The translations under genes and the position numbers were made by a program. Positions 1 through 11,347 of a stretch of 55,042 nt of DNA are shown here, one piece after another. This DNA comes from Girardia tigrina (Eukaryota): the NCBI GenBank assembly GCA_001938485.1, contig MQRK01209022.1, forward strand, positions 1 to 55,042, given 5' to 3'. Every line of letters begins with the position of its first letter. Position 1 is the stretch's first letter. The notes beneath the pieces are model-generated. The model was not told where the DNA came from. It searched no databases and was given only the letters and a program-made list of their open reading frames with translations.

Positions 1-630
1 ACAGTGCTTTTTAAGTTGCACATGTGTAAAATTGTAAAAATCAATACATAAGATTTTTCAAAAGTACCAGTGTCTTAAATCGATATCATATGCTTGATGC
101 ACATTTTAATTTTCTATTTGAATGTGCAATTCAAATTTTCATATATTGATTACTTTTCTCTATAATTAGTATAATGTGCAAATTTGCACATATTGCACAT
201 TGATTTTAAATGTACAAGGAAGCAGAATATCAAAAAAGTGCTCNNNNNNNNNNNNNNNNNNNNNNNNNNNNNNNNNNNNNNNNNNNNNNNNNNNNNNNNN
301 NNNNNNNNNNNNNNNNNNNNNNNNNNNNNNNNNNNNNNNNNNNNNNNNNNNNNNNNNNNNNNNNNNNNNNNNNNNNNNNNNNNNNNNNNNNNNNNNNNNN
401 NNNNNNNNNNNNNNNNNNNNNNNNNNNNNNNNNNNNNNNNNNNNNNNNNNNNNNNNNNNNNNNTACCATGGTTACCGTAACCAAGATACATAACATTTTA
501 TTTTACATATAAAAACCTATATAATACTTAAAACATGTATGGGATATTCTACACAAGAAGAATCATTATATTCATTTTTTTAATTTATTTAAAGTAACAC
601 ATTAAAACAAACAGTAACTTTAAAAAACAT

Positions 631-1157
631 TTATTTCTTTGAAATATAATTTTGACATAACGCTAAACACCTTTTATAAGCACAATGTGAACCATGTTCA
701 CGATATATACAAGTAATGTTTTTTGGTATCGCTTTTAGTTTNNNNNNNNNNNNNNNNNNNNNNNNNNNNNNNNNNNNNNNNNNNNNNNNNNNNNNNNNNN
801 NNNNNNNNNNNNNNNNNNNNNNNNNNNNNNNNNNNNNNNNNNNNAGATTACATCGTGATCGAATGTCTCGCATTAGACAATCCTGACAAAACTTGAAATT
901 GTGTTCTTCCCACGTTAATTTATGATGATGTAATGTTAAATAAGCATTTGTTCTTTGTGCTCTGTTTGAACAGCAATGCATTTTAAGTCTAATTACACCC
1001 AAACATTATATTACATTTGCAACACTAATTTAACTTACTGAAATACATAATGTAATGGATTAAACATATCATCAACAGACATTATACACAACTCTTTAAT
1101 CATATCCTCATCATTATTATCCACAAATCTTTCAAAATAAATAAAGAAGATAGACAT
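631..1157 (-). CDS. Polinton/Maverick-associated DEDD-like (exonuclease-fold) protein, two exons (1157-1039, 988-631), intron 989-1038; N gap inside
   Basis: Exon 1 reads MSIFFIYFERFVDNNDEDMIKELCIMSVDDMFNPLHYVF. Removing a 50-nt GTAAGT...TAATTAG intron joins it in frame to LKMHCCSNRAQRTNAYLTLHHHKLTWEE...C.YREHGSHCAYKRCLAL. This matches the Maverick-associated family pattern (D.xGF...KE...H..F...N.WL...H...W...C..H...CA). The first acidic position reads Y, suggesting decay. Confidence 0.65.
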
Positions 1158-1195
1158 TTTTCAACAATAACAATTTATTAACGTAACAACTTTTT

Positions 1196-1569
1196 TTATA
1201 ACAATTGGCGTTTAAGCCAGTCTATACAATAATTTCCACAAAGAAATGTTAGCGGATTTTGATACATTACATGATTATATATGACAGGTTGTTGAATTCG
1301 TTCCAATTTTGTTACCAACATTGATGGATAATACATCCCAAGTGGATCGAATACTCGTATAAGATCTGAAGTCACATGTACTGCAATCCAGTGTTCTCCT
1401 GGTAAATTAGCAGTCTGAGTATTAATTACATATCCTCCATCGAGTAGAGAATCTGGAACTTTATCCAGCGAATATACTCCACGGAATTGAGGATATCCTT
1501 TCAGTGCTTTTTCAATCTGATATGTACTATATATGTAAATATAAAAGGTTTAGATACAACTTACTTCAT
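1196..1569 (-). CDS. Adenain-type (Polinton PRO) cysteine protease, 111 aa, two exons (1569-1565, 1526-1196), intron 1527-1564
   Basis: Spliced product: MNTYQIEKALKGYPQFRGVYSLDKVPDSLLDGGYVINTQTANLPGEHWIAVHVTSDLIRVFDPLGMYYP...YNHVMYQNPLTFLCGNYCIDWLKRQLL*. Catalytic H (GEHW), D (FDPLG), oxyanion Q and C (CGNYC) are all present. The ATG is only reachable via the 38-nt GTAAGT...ATATAG intron. Confidence 0.88.
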
Positions 1570-1615
1570 ATATTATTTCTGTTCGTAATTGATTTTTTCA
1601 GTTCCAATGCCGTGT

Positions 1616-1705
1616 TTATACAATAACTGTACCATCTTTTCGTATTTGTATCTCACTATCAAATACTCCATATACATACATTGTAATATCATTATCTAAT
1701 GCCTT
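1616..1705 (-). pseudogene. C-terminal remnant of Polinton/adintovirus major capsid protein (double jelly-roll), 5'-truncated at ~1706
   Basis: KALDNDITMYVYGVFDSEIQIRKDGTVIV* matches the Polinton MCP C-terminal pattern (AL...IT..VY..F...I.I......V). It lies immediately upstream of the protease on the same strand. Confidence 0.7.
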
Positions 1706-2294
1706 ATGGAGGGGTGGTCCAGTGGTCCAGAACTCTCATTTTCCCCCTACTATTACTGGGAAAGTATGAGAAAAAAATGTAACAGAATGGATAAATTCTT
1801 GTCAAATATGCGCAACCAGAAAAAATACTGGAACAAAGACGAAAGTTCATTTGTGTCCAATGCCAGTATTTTAATCTCATGTTTCTTTCGATTCGACACT
1901 CGGATTGCTAACAAGAACGAAGCAGAGGACGGCTCAGATGACATTGACACACGACGAGATCATTCCAAGACTCCCGAGAACTTGCACGACAATCAACCAA
2001 TACAGATTAATGTAGATCGACATCCCTTTAATCCAAAAAACGTCGGCATATAACGTTAACCAAAACGGGCTCCCAAAACCAATCACATAGAACATGAGCG
2101 ATACAAAAAAAACAGATCAACGATTAGGAGCACATGCACAACGTCTACAAATTGTCTGAATCTCATCATTTGAACCAAGGCCGGAAAATATTTATTTTTA
2201 TCAACAAAAACAAATCGATCCATCCACTCAAACAAATCTCAGCCGATAAATCGATAACAATATTCGAGAATTCGTCGTTTTCGTTGACAAACAA

Positions 2295-3611
2295 ATGCGA
2301 ACTGACAATGAAGAGGCACATAGTTGTCAGCTGATATGTCGTGTCGACGAGATCGAGCTCGAGACCGATCGACGAGCGATTTTTGTCGATCGGGTTCGAT
2401 TGAAAAATCGACGGGAACGGTTTCCATTTGACAGCTTTTTGTCGGCCCATAACGGACGCCAGTTCCCGGAACTGATCGAGTCATTGGGACAAGCGCCTGG
2501 TCGATTGCACCGGACACATACGGTAAATCCAAGAGAAAAAATAAAAAATTATGTAACAAATTGCCACGGAATAACCCAGGAATTAGTTTGTGGACAGATG
2601 GGCGAGTATACAGCACTCGCGGAAATCCATCGCCACTTACAAGGCAATATTTTGGTAGGAAAAGATGTTCAGCTCGAACTAAAAGCATGTGCCATTCCCA
2701 TCAATTCATTAATGGATATTAGAGACACTTCAGCGGGAAAAGTGTTCGAAGAAAAATACAACCTAATAAATCAGAAAGGGCACTTTTATTCCTTGAAAGC
2801 CCTATTTCGAATAGTACTTCAGGAGGAGATACAACAACATTACCACTCTGCAATTCAGGATGCAAAAGCCGTTTTACAAATTTTCCTAAACGTGGAAGCA
2901 GATTGGACGGACACCATAATCTTTAAGGACACCCGCAGTCTTTTAGGATCTCCAAAATTTTCGAGAGCAAAAATTCCCGTAGAACCCGAAGATGTACAGA
3001 ACCTGCAAATAAATTATCCACCGTCTGTAACGATAGACCTTTGGATAATAGAAAAGGATACCACTCCACGAGCCGATATAAGAGGCATACCAAATGATTC
3101 TAAAATAAAATCCACTTCGAGATGGATTGCAGACATACCAACTGAGTCAATCCATGCAAATTTGGGGAGCCCTGTAATTATTGACCTAATGGAAGATGAC
3201 GACCTAGAATTGCATGCACCTCTTGATCAAGAATTATTACCCGAAGCACCATCTGTCTCTGCATTAGCCGCCTTTTTGCAAGACGAACAAAATGTTCAAG
3301 GCTTTCAGTCATTTATCGTTAGAACCTTTAAGGTTCCAGACCCAAATCCAACTTCCTTAATGTATGCGAGGGCACTACATAAATATCGTCCCGAGGATAG
3401 ATGCTCACCCAATTGTTGCGGTTGGAAAACGAGAAATAAGAGCAATTTAAAACACAAACGAAAAATGAAAATTTTATTATCAACAAATAAGTCCGGTGTC
3501 GTTGCTGAGATTCCATTTGGTGCTCGTCCTGGCACCCAGAGAAGAGTTTGCAATCCTAACAAGAAAAAATTAATTAAAAAACGCGACAAAAAACGAATAA
3601 ATTACCGGTAA
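2295..3611 (+). CDS. DEDDh 3'-5' exonuclease, REX4/ISG20-like, with long acidic then basic tail; N-terminus atypical
   Basis: Residues from ~2515 read VNPREKIKNYVTNCHGIT...LQGNILVGKDVQLELK...IRDTS...YSLKAL...LQEEIQQHYHSAIQDAKAVLQIF, following the REX4/ISG20 pattern (P...V.DY.T..SGI; ILVGH...DL; IRDT; SLK.L; IQ...HS..EDA.A). No clear ExoI DxE motif. Intronless. Confidence 0.75.
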   Translation: MRTDNEEAHSCQLICRVDEIELETDRRAIFVDRVRLKNRRERFPFDSFLSAHNGRQFPELIESLGQAPGRLHRTHTVNPREKIKNYVTNCHGITQELVCGQMGEYTALAEIHRHLQGNILVGKDVQLELKACAIPINSLMDIRDTSAGKVFEEKYNLINQKGHFYSLKALFRIVLQEEIQQHYHSAIQDAKAVLQIFLNVEADWTDTIIFKDTRSLLGSPKFSRAKIPVEPEDVQNLQINYPPSVTIDLWIIEKDTTPRADIRGIPNDSKIKSTSRWIADIPTESIHANLGSPVIIDLMEDDDLELHAPLDQELLPEAPSVSALAAFLQDEQNVQGFQSFIVRTFKVPDPNPTSLMYARALHKYRPEDRCSPNCCGWKTRNKSNLKHKRKMKILLSTNKSGVVAEIPFGARPGTQRRVCNPNKKKLIKKRDKKRINYR

Positions 3612-6349
3612 AGTAATCCGCAAGACCTTCGGGGCCAGCCGACCCTTCNNNNNNNNNNNNNNNNNNNNNNNNNNNNNNNNNNNNNNNNNNNNNNNNNNNN
3701 NNNNNNNNNNNNNNNNNNNNNNNNNNNNNNNAAAAAACAAAGAAATATTAATCAAATAATAAAGAATAATTAAAAACTCACGATGAGTCGGCCCTCGATT
3801 CTAAGAATAGCTCGGTGGCCTCATATGACCGCACACCAAGTTTGTTATTGTTGATGTAGGTCAGCACACGGACATTCAGTTCTATAATGAAAAAACAAAA
3901 ATCAAAATTTTTACAAAAATTAAACTGACCTACATTTTGNNNNNNNNNNNNNNNNNNNNNNNNNNNNNNNNNNNNNNNNNNNNNNNNNNNNNNNNNNNNN
4001 NNNNNNNNNNNNNNNNNNNNNNNNNNNNNNNNNNNNNNNNNNNNNNNNNNNNNNNNNNNNNNNNNNNNNNNNNNNNNNNNNNNNNNNNNNNNNNNNNNNN
4101 NNNNNNNNNNNNNNNNNNNNNNNNNNNNNNNNNNNNNNNNNNNNNNNNNNNNNNNNNNNNNNNNNNNNNNNNNNNNNNNNNNNNNNNNNNNNNNNNCCGA
4201 AAGCTTTTCTTTAACCGCAATATTCAGAAGGAACAAAATGTAATACGGGAATTTTATTTTATTATTTATTTTGTTAATACGTTATTCTATTAATAAAATT
4301 TTATGAGATCACATTTAGTTTATTATGTATTTATTGCTTAAATTAAGATTTAAATAAAGATTTCTTTTGATTATAATTTTTACCGAGTAATTACCTAAGT
4401 AAGTCGTCGCCAGCCGTCCTCGTCCCCTCGATGTCCGCCATGCCGAGAATCTGGAGCCCGTCGCCCGAGAATCGGGGTGAACGGCCGCTCCTCATTACCC
4501 AGGTCCACTCGATTAATGAGGCCGATTTTGCCGGCGGTAATTTCGGCGCACCGTGGGCCAACGCCTGGGGTCCGCGCGTATCGCCCCATCGTGANATTTG
4601 ATTNACAATCGATCGACAATAATTTTGTTTGAGAGTATAATTAAAATAACACATTAAAACAACTACTAATTTGATGAAATAAATGAGTTGATGAAATTTT
4701 ATTATTATTAGCGAAATGCGTTTTATAATTAGGAAAATATTTTAGAAAAATTTGATTTTAGTCTTAAGTTGAGTTTTAAAAATTTGCGATGAAATTTCAA
4801 CCGTGGTTGATAAGCGAATATAAACCCAGTACCGACCTACGAGAATTTAGAAAGATTTTTATGAATTATTCGATTCTGAACTTTATTTTAATTATTAGGT
4901 TGTTCGATATGAAACGGGTCAAAATTAAAGTAAAATGTAAATCGATTTTTTTTAAATAATAACATTTTATTTTTAATCAAAATGTCCCCCCATGTTGTCA
5001 ACACACTGTTGNTACTTAGTATTTTACTTGATAAATGAATATTTTCAACTGAGATTTTGAATAACGAAAATTGCCGAATTATATGTGAATTAAAATAAAT
5101 TTCGTCTCTGATGAGAATATTATAATCCAATTTTAAAATTTTACCGAGTGACAAATTCCGTATTGGATTTTAGTGAATTTTAATAGATTGTTAATGCCGA
5201 GTTTTATTGGGATTATCATTTCGTTGTTAAACTTTAAATAAGTTCAAAACGGTTTCGAACCAGAATTTAAAAGATAAAATCGAAATTATAGTTTAGAATT
5301 TTACGAAGTTGAGTTTTGCGATTCAAGTAGGAGAATAGTATTAACGACGAAAGAAAACACGATCTCAGCTTACGAAAAGTTTTGTTCGAGACAATCGAGT
5401 GACGACAAAANNNNNNNNNNNNNNNNNNNNNNNNNNNNNNNNNNNNNNNNNNNNNNNNNNNNNNNNNNNNNNNNNNNNNNNNNNNNNNNNNNNNNNNNNN
5501 NNNNNNNNNNNNNNNNNNNNNNNNNNNNNNNNNNNNNNNNNNNNNNNNNNNNNNNNNNNNNNNNNNNNNNNNNNNNNNNNNNNNNNNNNNNNNNNNNNNN
5601 NNNNNNNNNNNNNNNNNNNNNNNNNNNNNNNNNNNNNNNNNNNNNNNNNNNNNNNNNNNNNNNNNNNNNNNNNNNNNNNNNNNNNNNNNNNNNNNNNNNN
5701 NNNNNNNNNNNNNNNNNNNNNNNNNNNNNNNNNNNNTAGGAAAGAGACTAATTTAAGGAACAATGTAATTGGATAGATGGGTTGTGACTGACCCGTAATA
5801 GTCACTGGGGGCTCAGAGTCTTCAAAAATGTTTCAAACAAAAGGGTCGTGACACAATCCTCCATATTACCCCTCTATAAATAACTATCCAGTTCATTACC
5901 CTCAACCAGAAGATGGATTGATCCACATTGAGAGCGATTTTGTGTCAACAGTCCGTTCCGACGGGAGAAAGAAAACAACAGTCTGTACCGACGGGCGAGA
6001 ATACCACCCCACGGAGATTCCTCAGGCTGTGAAAAAAGTATTTTCCAACTGTGCGAGAACTTTGATCAAAGGACAAAAAAACATTGATCGATGTTTTATT
6101 GTTTATCTATTATTATTTTTATTTTTTTTTAACATTTTGGACATTTTGGTTTCGTGATATCTTGCTTATCTAACTTGCTTAAATTTTTTATTTTATATAC
6201 AGTTATGGGGACATAACTTTTATGAGCCCCGTACGAATGTTCGATAAATAATAAAATGTTATCAAATAATAGTAGATTACTATTATTTTTCTTAATTATT
6301 TGATAAATTTTTAAATTTAATTATTTTTATTTATAGTTGTAGTACCCTA

Positions 6350-7211
6350 CTTATTACGCCAGTTTGTAGAACAACTTATTCTTCTAGTTAACAGGACAGA
6401 GATATTACAATAGTAATTAATTTATAGTAATAGTAATTAATTAATTACAATAGATATTACAATAATACCCCACATGTAGAACTATCAAAAGTAAATTTTA
6501 CATAAACAAATAATAATTAAAAAGAAACACAGTAGCTCCGCTCTTCTTGGTGAGGTACTATTGTAATTGTAATATCTCTCGATATTTTTTTTATTTTTTT
6601 ATTATATTCCCTGTACATAATTGTTTTTGTTCTTTAAGGGTGATGTGTATGTATTTTTATTTATTTATTTATGTACTATTATCAAAAGATAATATATTAA
6701 AAAAATCAATAAATGTATTGACAATTAAAATAATAATTAACTGTTGGAAATTGCAATTGAAGATTGGATTTCCAACCAATTTCCGTCCGAATAAATTGTC
6801 AAGTTCTCAGTTGCCAATTTCGCCTGCACGACAATCGACCGGATATTATGGCATCTTCGGATCAATTTTCTTGTCGACCATAAAACTGTTCTACCAACAG
6901 ATCAATTGTTCGTCTATCTAGAACGTTTATTCATACAAATCAATCGTTCGTCTATCAAAAACGTTTATTCATACGGATCAATCGTTTGCCTATCAAAAAG
7001 CTTTTATTTATACAGGTTAATTGTTATCACTAGTCTCCCAATCAAGTTTCGTTAAAAGTTTATTAAATTTCGTTCTTTTATTTTAACTTATATTGAATTA
7101 ACCTAGTTTTGTGTCAGGTTAGTTTAATATAAATATTTTTCATGTAGAACAGCTTATTCAACGGTCCTGTTAACTAGAAGAATAAGTTCTTCTACAAACT
7201 GGCGTAATAAG
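6350..7211. mobile_element. Foldback/MITE-like element with 48-bp inverted repeats and an internal ~38-bp tandem repeat
   Basis: 6350-6397 is the reverse complement of 7164-7211 (47/48 identical). About three copies of atcaatcgttcgtctatcaaaaacgtttattcatac lie at ~6900-7015. Confidence 0.6.
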
Positions 7212-8099
7212 TTTAATAATAATAATAATAATAATAATAAGATACTACAATAGTTATAAAATAAATAGTACAAAAAAATTATTAATAATATCATATTATT
7301 TATAATTTTAAAGTTTAAAAATTAAGAAAGGCCTAGAGGCCAAAAGGACAAAATCAGGCATAAATAAAGTGATTCATGTAGAATCAAGGACCAAGTACAG
7401 ATCATGGGTCAGTTAAGTTGGAGAGCTATATATTGAGCGTTGAAAGTGTAGGCGGTTGACATAAATTAAAATTTAATTAGGTAAGTGTAAAATTAATGTT
7501 GGACATAAATTAAAATTTGAATAGGAAAATCAATTGCGAGAAGCTTAGAAGCTAAAGGTACCAGCGGAGGAGAAATTGAGATTTTGTCAAGGATTATTGG
7601 ATAGAGAATTTGTATTGTGAACATTTGAATTAAGAAGTCTCGTTGGAAATTAAATTGGACCAAGAAATCCCGTTTCGATTAAATTTCGAAAACATCGCTG
7701 AAGGGTCCGATTAGGAAGTCAAAAACTTAATCGGTTAATATTGATATTATATTATTTATTTCAATTTTGATAAATCATTTAAATTAATTGGTAATAATTT
7801 TAATAAATTTTAGTAAAAGTTTCTTTTAAAATTATATTTTTATTTACATCAAAATCTCTTACAAATAAATTGATTTTTGATATTGAAGGATGGTCTCTTC
7901 AATCAAAATTTAATACACACATCTAATATGTGTTAGGCTATTTTTTAATCATACAAATTGTAACTATTGTAATTAATCAATAAATTTATTTGAAAAAAAC
8001 AGTCTTATTGTTATCATTAAATTTATAAAGAACAAAAATAAAGTTCGTAATTTATAAAATTGATCTACCGTTCTAAGCACACCACTTAGATCGTCGATC

Positions 8100-8514
8100 C
8101 AGCGGAAAGTAATTTTTGCTTAGTCTTTGAGGAATTTATAACCGTCCCCCAGAGACCCAACATTTTGTATCTATCTGTGTTTTATCAGCGACGTTCATCC
8201 TATATCCCATTTATCCGCGATGAAGACTCTTTTATGCCTCTCTACGATATTGATTATCTTTGGTTTATCAGCGATATGCATTGTATTTTTGGCTTTCTGA
8301 AATCGTGCCTCGTCTGTCACTTTCCGGTAGAATCTTGCTGCTAAATTACTTACCTGAAAATTTCGATCGAGTATTTCATCGTTTTTCTTTTTCCAACATA
8401 ACTCAAATCCGAACTCACTCTGAAAATTTATCCCGCCTATTATGTCTGGTTTAATGTCAGTTACAACTATAAACGCTATATTTCTCTGTTTGTCTTTGAT
8501 ATTTACATTCACTG
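8100..8514 (-). pseudogene. Ty3/gypsy pol remnant (end of protease to start of RT)
   Basis: VNVNIKDKQRNIAFIVVTDIKPDIIGGINFQ...HKRVFIADKWDIG*TSLIKH. It continues the protease frame at 9784 once the insertion is removed. Confidence 0.8.
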
Positions 8515-9783
8515 TGGTCGCGCTGCGATAGCTTTCGACCCTTTATTTGTAATTTAAATTAAATTAATAAAAATTAAATAATTAAAATGAAAGTAAAATT
8601 AAATCATTTAAATAAAATTTAAATTAATTAAATTAAATAAATATATATAAGTATATATATAAATAGATATGTGAAATCATCACGTTCATATGGTTTTGTG
8701 ATGATGCAAATGCCATATGAATTCCGCTTTCGATTCTTTGCGGTTTTTTCTGTTCTTCGGTTTCGGTTTTAAAAAGCAGCACAACTCAATGCCATCTTGA
8801 AAAACGTTTTAGAAATTTCGAACGATAATATTCAATAACTGTTCAGAAATTCCTCCATTTACCAATTAATTGTGAATATTATTCATTTAAAAAAAATCAA
8901 ATAATTGAGTCACGTGATTTGTTGTGACATCAATTTCCTTTGTCTCTTCGGCAGATCTGATTGGCCGCATGCGTTATCGAATCGTTGCGAGAATTCGGTA
9001 ACAGAGATTATGATGTTTTATTTTTGAATTGTGACGAGTCGCGATTTTGTTTGCGTTGTGTGTCACAGTTTTTGTTTTTGATTTCAAATGAAATTTTTTT
9101 TTGATTTGCTCGATAAAAAAGTGTTTTCTGTAAAAAGAAATTTGTGAGAGTGATTACAATTTAATAAAAAATTTCGTTTTTGATGATAAAAAATAAAACT
9201 GTTTTAATGATGACTAAATGCTTTTTGTCGAAATATTGTCTCAAAATTGGAGAATAATTGTAAAGTAATTTATTACGAGGTTTCATTTGAGATGGAAGAA
9301 TCAATAAACAAATTGACAAATATAATACAACTTCTGTGTGAATTTGTTCGAGGATGTGATAATCGATTTGCAGTTGAGCGTGAAGGTCCAGCACTGTGCA
9401 GAGTGACATGGAAACTTTCGGAGAATTGCAATCATGTTTTATTGCTTTTTCGGTCAAAATAACTCAGTGCTACACGTTGATTGTGATGTACACTCAAATG
9501 AATTATTTCTGAACCTACGGAGAAAGATCGAATCACACTGGCAAGAATTATTGCAAGATGATTGCCCCTTAGAATTATCAAAAGAAAAACGTGACAGAAT
9601 CAATAATTTTTTAATGAGATTAAAGTGTAAATTTTCTGAATGGCTGTTCAACAACAATGATGTATCTATCGATTCAAATGAAAATTCAAATGATCCCGAT
9701 GTCACCGAGAACCTCGACAATATCGCCCGTAAAATGGGAAGCAATCAATCAAATAATAAAAGAACCTCTGCTGAGATACAACA
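8515..9783 (+). mobile_element. 1269-bp TG...CA insertion (solo-LTR or non-autonomous element) with 5-bp TSD CACTG, carrying a frameshifted ORF (~9247-9780)
   Basis: CACTG occurs at 8510-8514 and 9784-9788; termini are TGGTCG...ACAACA; AATAAA lies near 9755. Excision restores the gypsy protease frame ECIGKISV|NVNIKDKQ. Confidence 0.8.
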
Positions 9784-11347
9784 CACTGATATCTTACCAA
9801 TACATTCTAGTGGACTATTATTAACACAGTGTAATTTAATATCTGCTGCTTCCAATTTCACATCATGTAGTTTGCCAAAAATCGTCTTGCTCATGACGTT
9901 CACTCTAGCCCCAGTGTCTAATAAACAGTACTCCTTGATATGTTTTATCTTTACTTTTACACATGGTCGACCTTGCATTTTGTTGTATGCGATATTTTCA
10001 GCTTTCCATTTTTCTATGGTTAAAATCCTGGTTTCTTCGCTAGTATTTCTGTTCTCTACTGGTTCAACAAAACATTTTCCACAATTATCTCCGTATACAT
10101 CTTTTTTTATAAACTTCCGAATTTTATCATTTACGTTCCATTCTACTGCTTAAATATTTTCTGATTTGTCATTCATTACGTCTATAATATCTGTTATACT
10201 ACTTTTACTATAAATACCGATATTTTTGGAGTCTTATATTTATTAATTTATTGCCCCGACTGGCTCCACTTCTGTCGAGGCTGTCTTTTGTGTGATCTTC
10301 CTCCATTACCGATTCTTCATATTCTCCTCTTCAATGTTCGCTACTCATCCTCTATTGTCTCCTCTTCTTGTCGTTGATTGTAACACCCTCCTTGATAATT
10401 GTTATTCGTTGATCTTTGTTGGTTTATTCTCCCGTTTAAGTTAGTGTAACATTCGTCCTTCCCATGACCTCTATTATGGCACCGTTTACATTCGATATTC
10501 GGACAGTTTCTTCTTACATGTCCCTGCTGTCCACAACCATGACATTTGATTTGTCTCCTTTCTGTACAGTTTTTTCTAATATGTCCCTCTATTCCACATT
10601 CGAAGTATTTCCTGGTCTCCCGTTGTCTATTTGTTACGCTTGAGTATTGGTTTCTCTCCCAGTTTTGATCAGTAGTATATCAGTTCTTTTCCGTGCCCCC
10701 GACTCTTGTATGCTTATGTTCAAATCTATTATTACCTTGAGTCACAGCATCATTGTAGCTCCTGGTTCTGTTCTGCGTTCCGTTCTCTCTCACTACGTTT
10801 ATCTGATCCTCTATATTTTTTATTTCATGTATCATTTTGATCTTTTCTTTCATTTGTTCTACTACTTTTACATTATTCATCCGAACTTCTTTTTTGATAT
10901 CCATGTCATCACAACAGTTCATTAATGATGTTTCCATTATGCTTTCTTTTAGCGTGTTATGTTACATAATTCTTTCTGCCATCTTTTCTATTTTTTCGAA
11001 AAAACTTCATCCTATACCGGCAAACTTCCGACCAATCCTCAAATAGCAAATGTCCTACCAAATGCTTTTCGAAGTCGAGTTTTATAACCACATATGGACT
11101 TGTTAACGGTCTTATATTTTCCCTTTATGTCTCTGTCCAACAGACACAAGACAATGACGTCTTGTTTCGCTTTTGCCACTCCCGAAAATTGGAAGAATGT
11201 TTCATATTCTTCTATGAACTTCTCCACATTGTCACCTTTCCTGAACTTTTCAGGTAGTAATTGGTTCGTGAAGTTGTCCAAAGCAGCGTTGTTCGCTATG
11301 TAAGTAGGGTTTATGCTACTTTCATTATTATCAATTTCCGGAGTCAT
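9784..11347 (-). pseudogene. Ty3/gypsy gag (three CCHC zinc knuckles) and aspartic protease, frameshifted
   Basis: Gag N-terminus LLPEKFRKGDNVEKFIEEYETFF; knuckles YFECGIEGHIRKNC, CHGCGQQGHVRRNC, CKRCHNRGHGKDEC (~10450-10610); protease motif CLLDTGARVNVM. Confidence 0.9.

Noticed and set aside
5918-6157. Short ORF downstream of a TATA-like motif; likewise 14667-14984 and the 37060-37660 region
   Set aside because: Coding-like, but no recognisable motif, so left unassigned.
6900-7015. ~38-bp repeats (and the 54102-54200 array) as a CRISPR array
   Set aside because: Head-to-tail with no unique spacers, eukaryotic context and no cas genes; they are transposon-associated tandem repeats.
9434-10153. 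239-aa plus-strand ORF as a single gene
   Set aside because: It crosses the insertion boundary at 9783; the distal half is simply the antisense of the gypsy protease.
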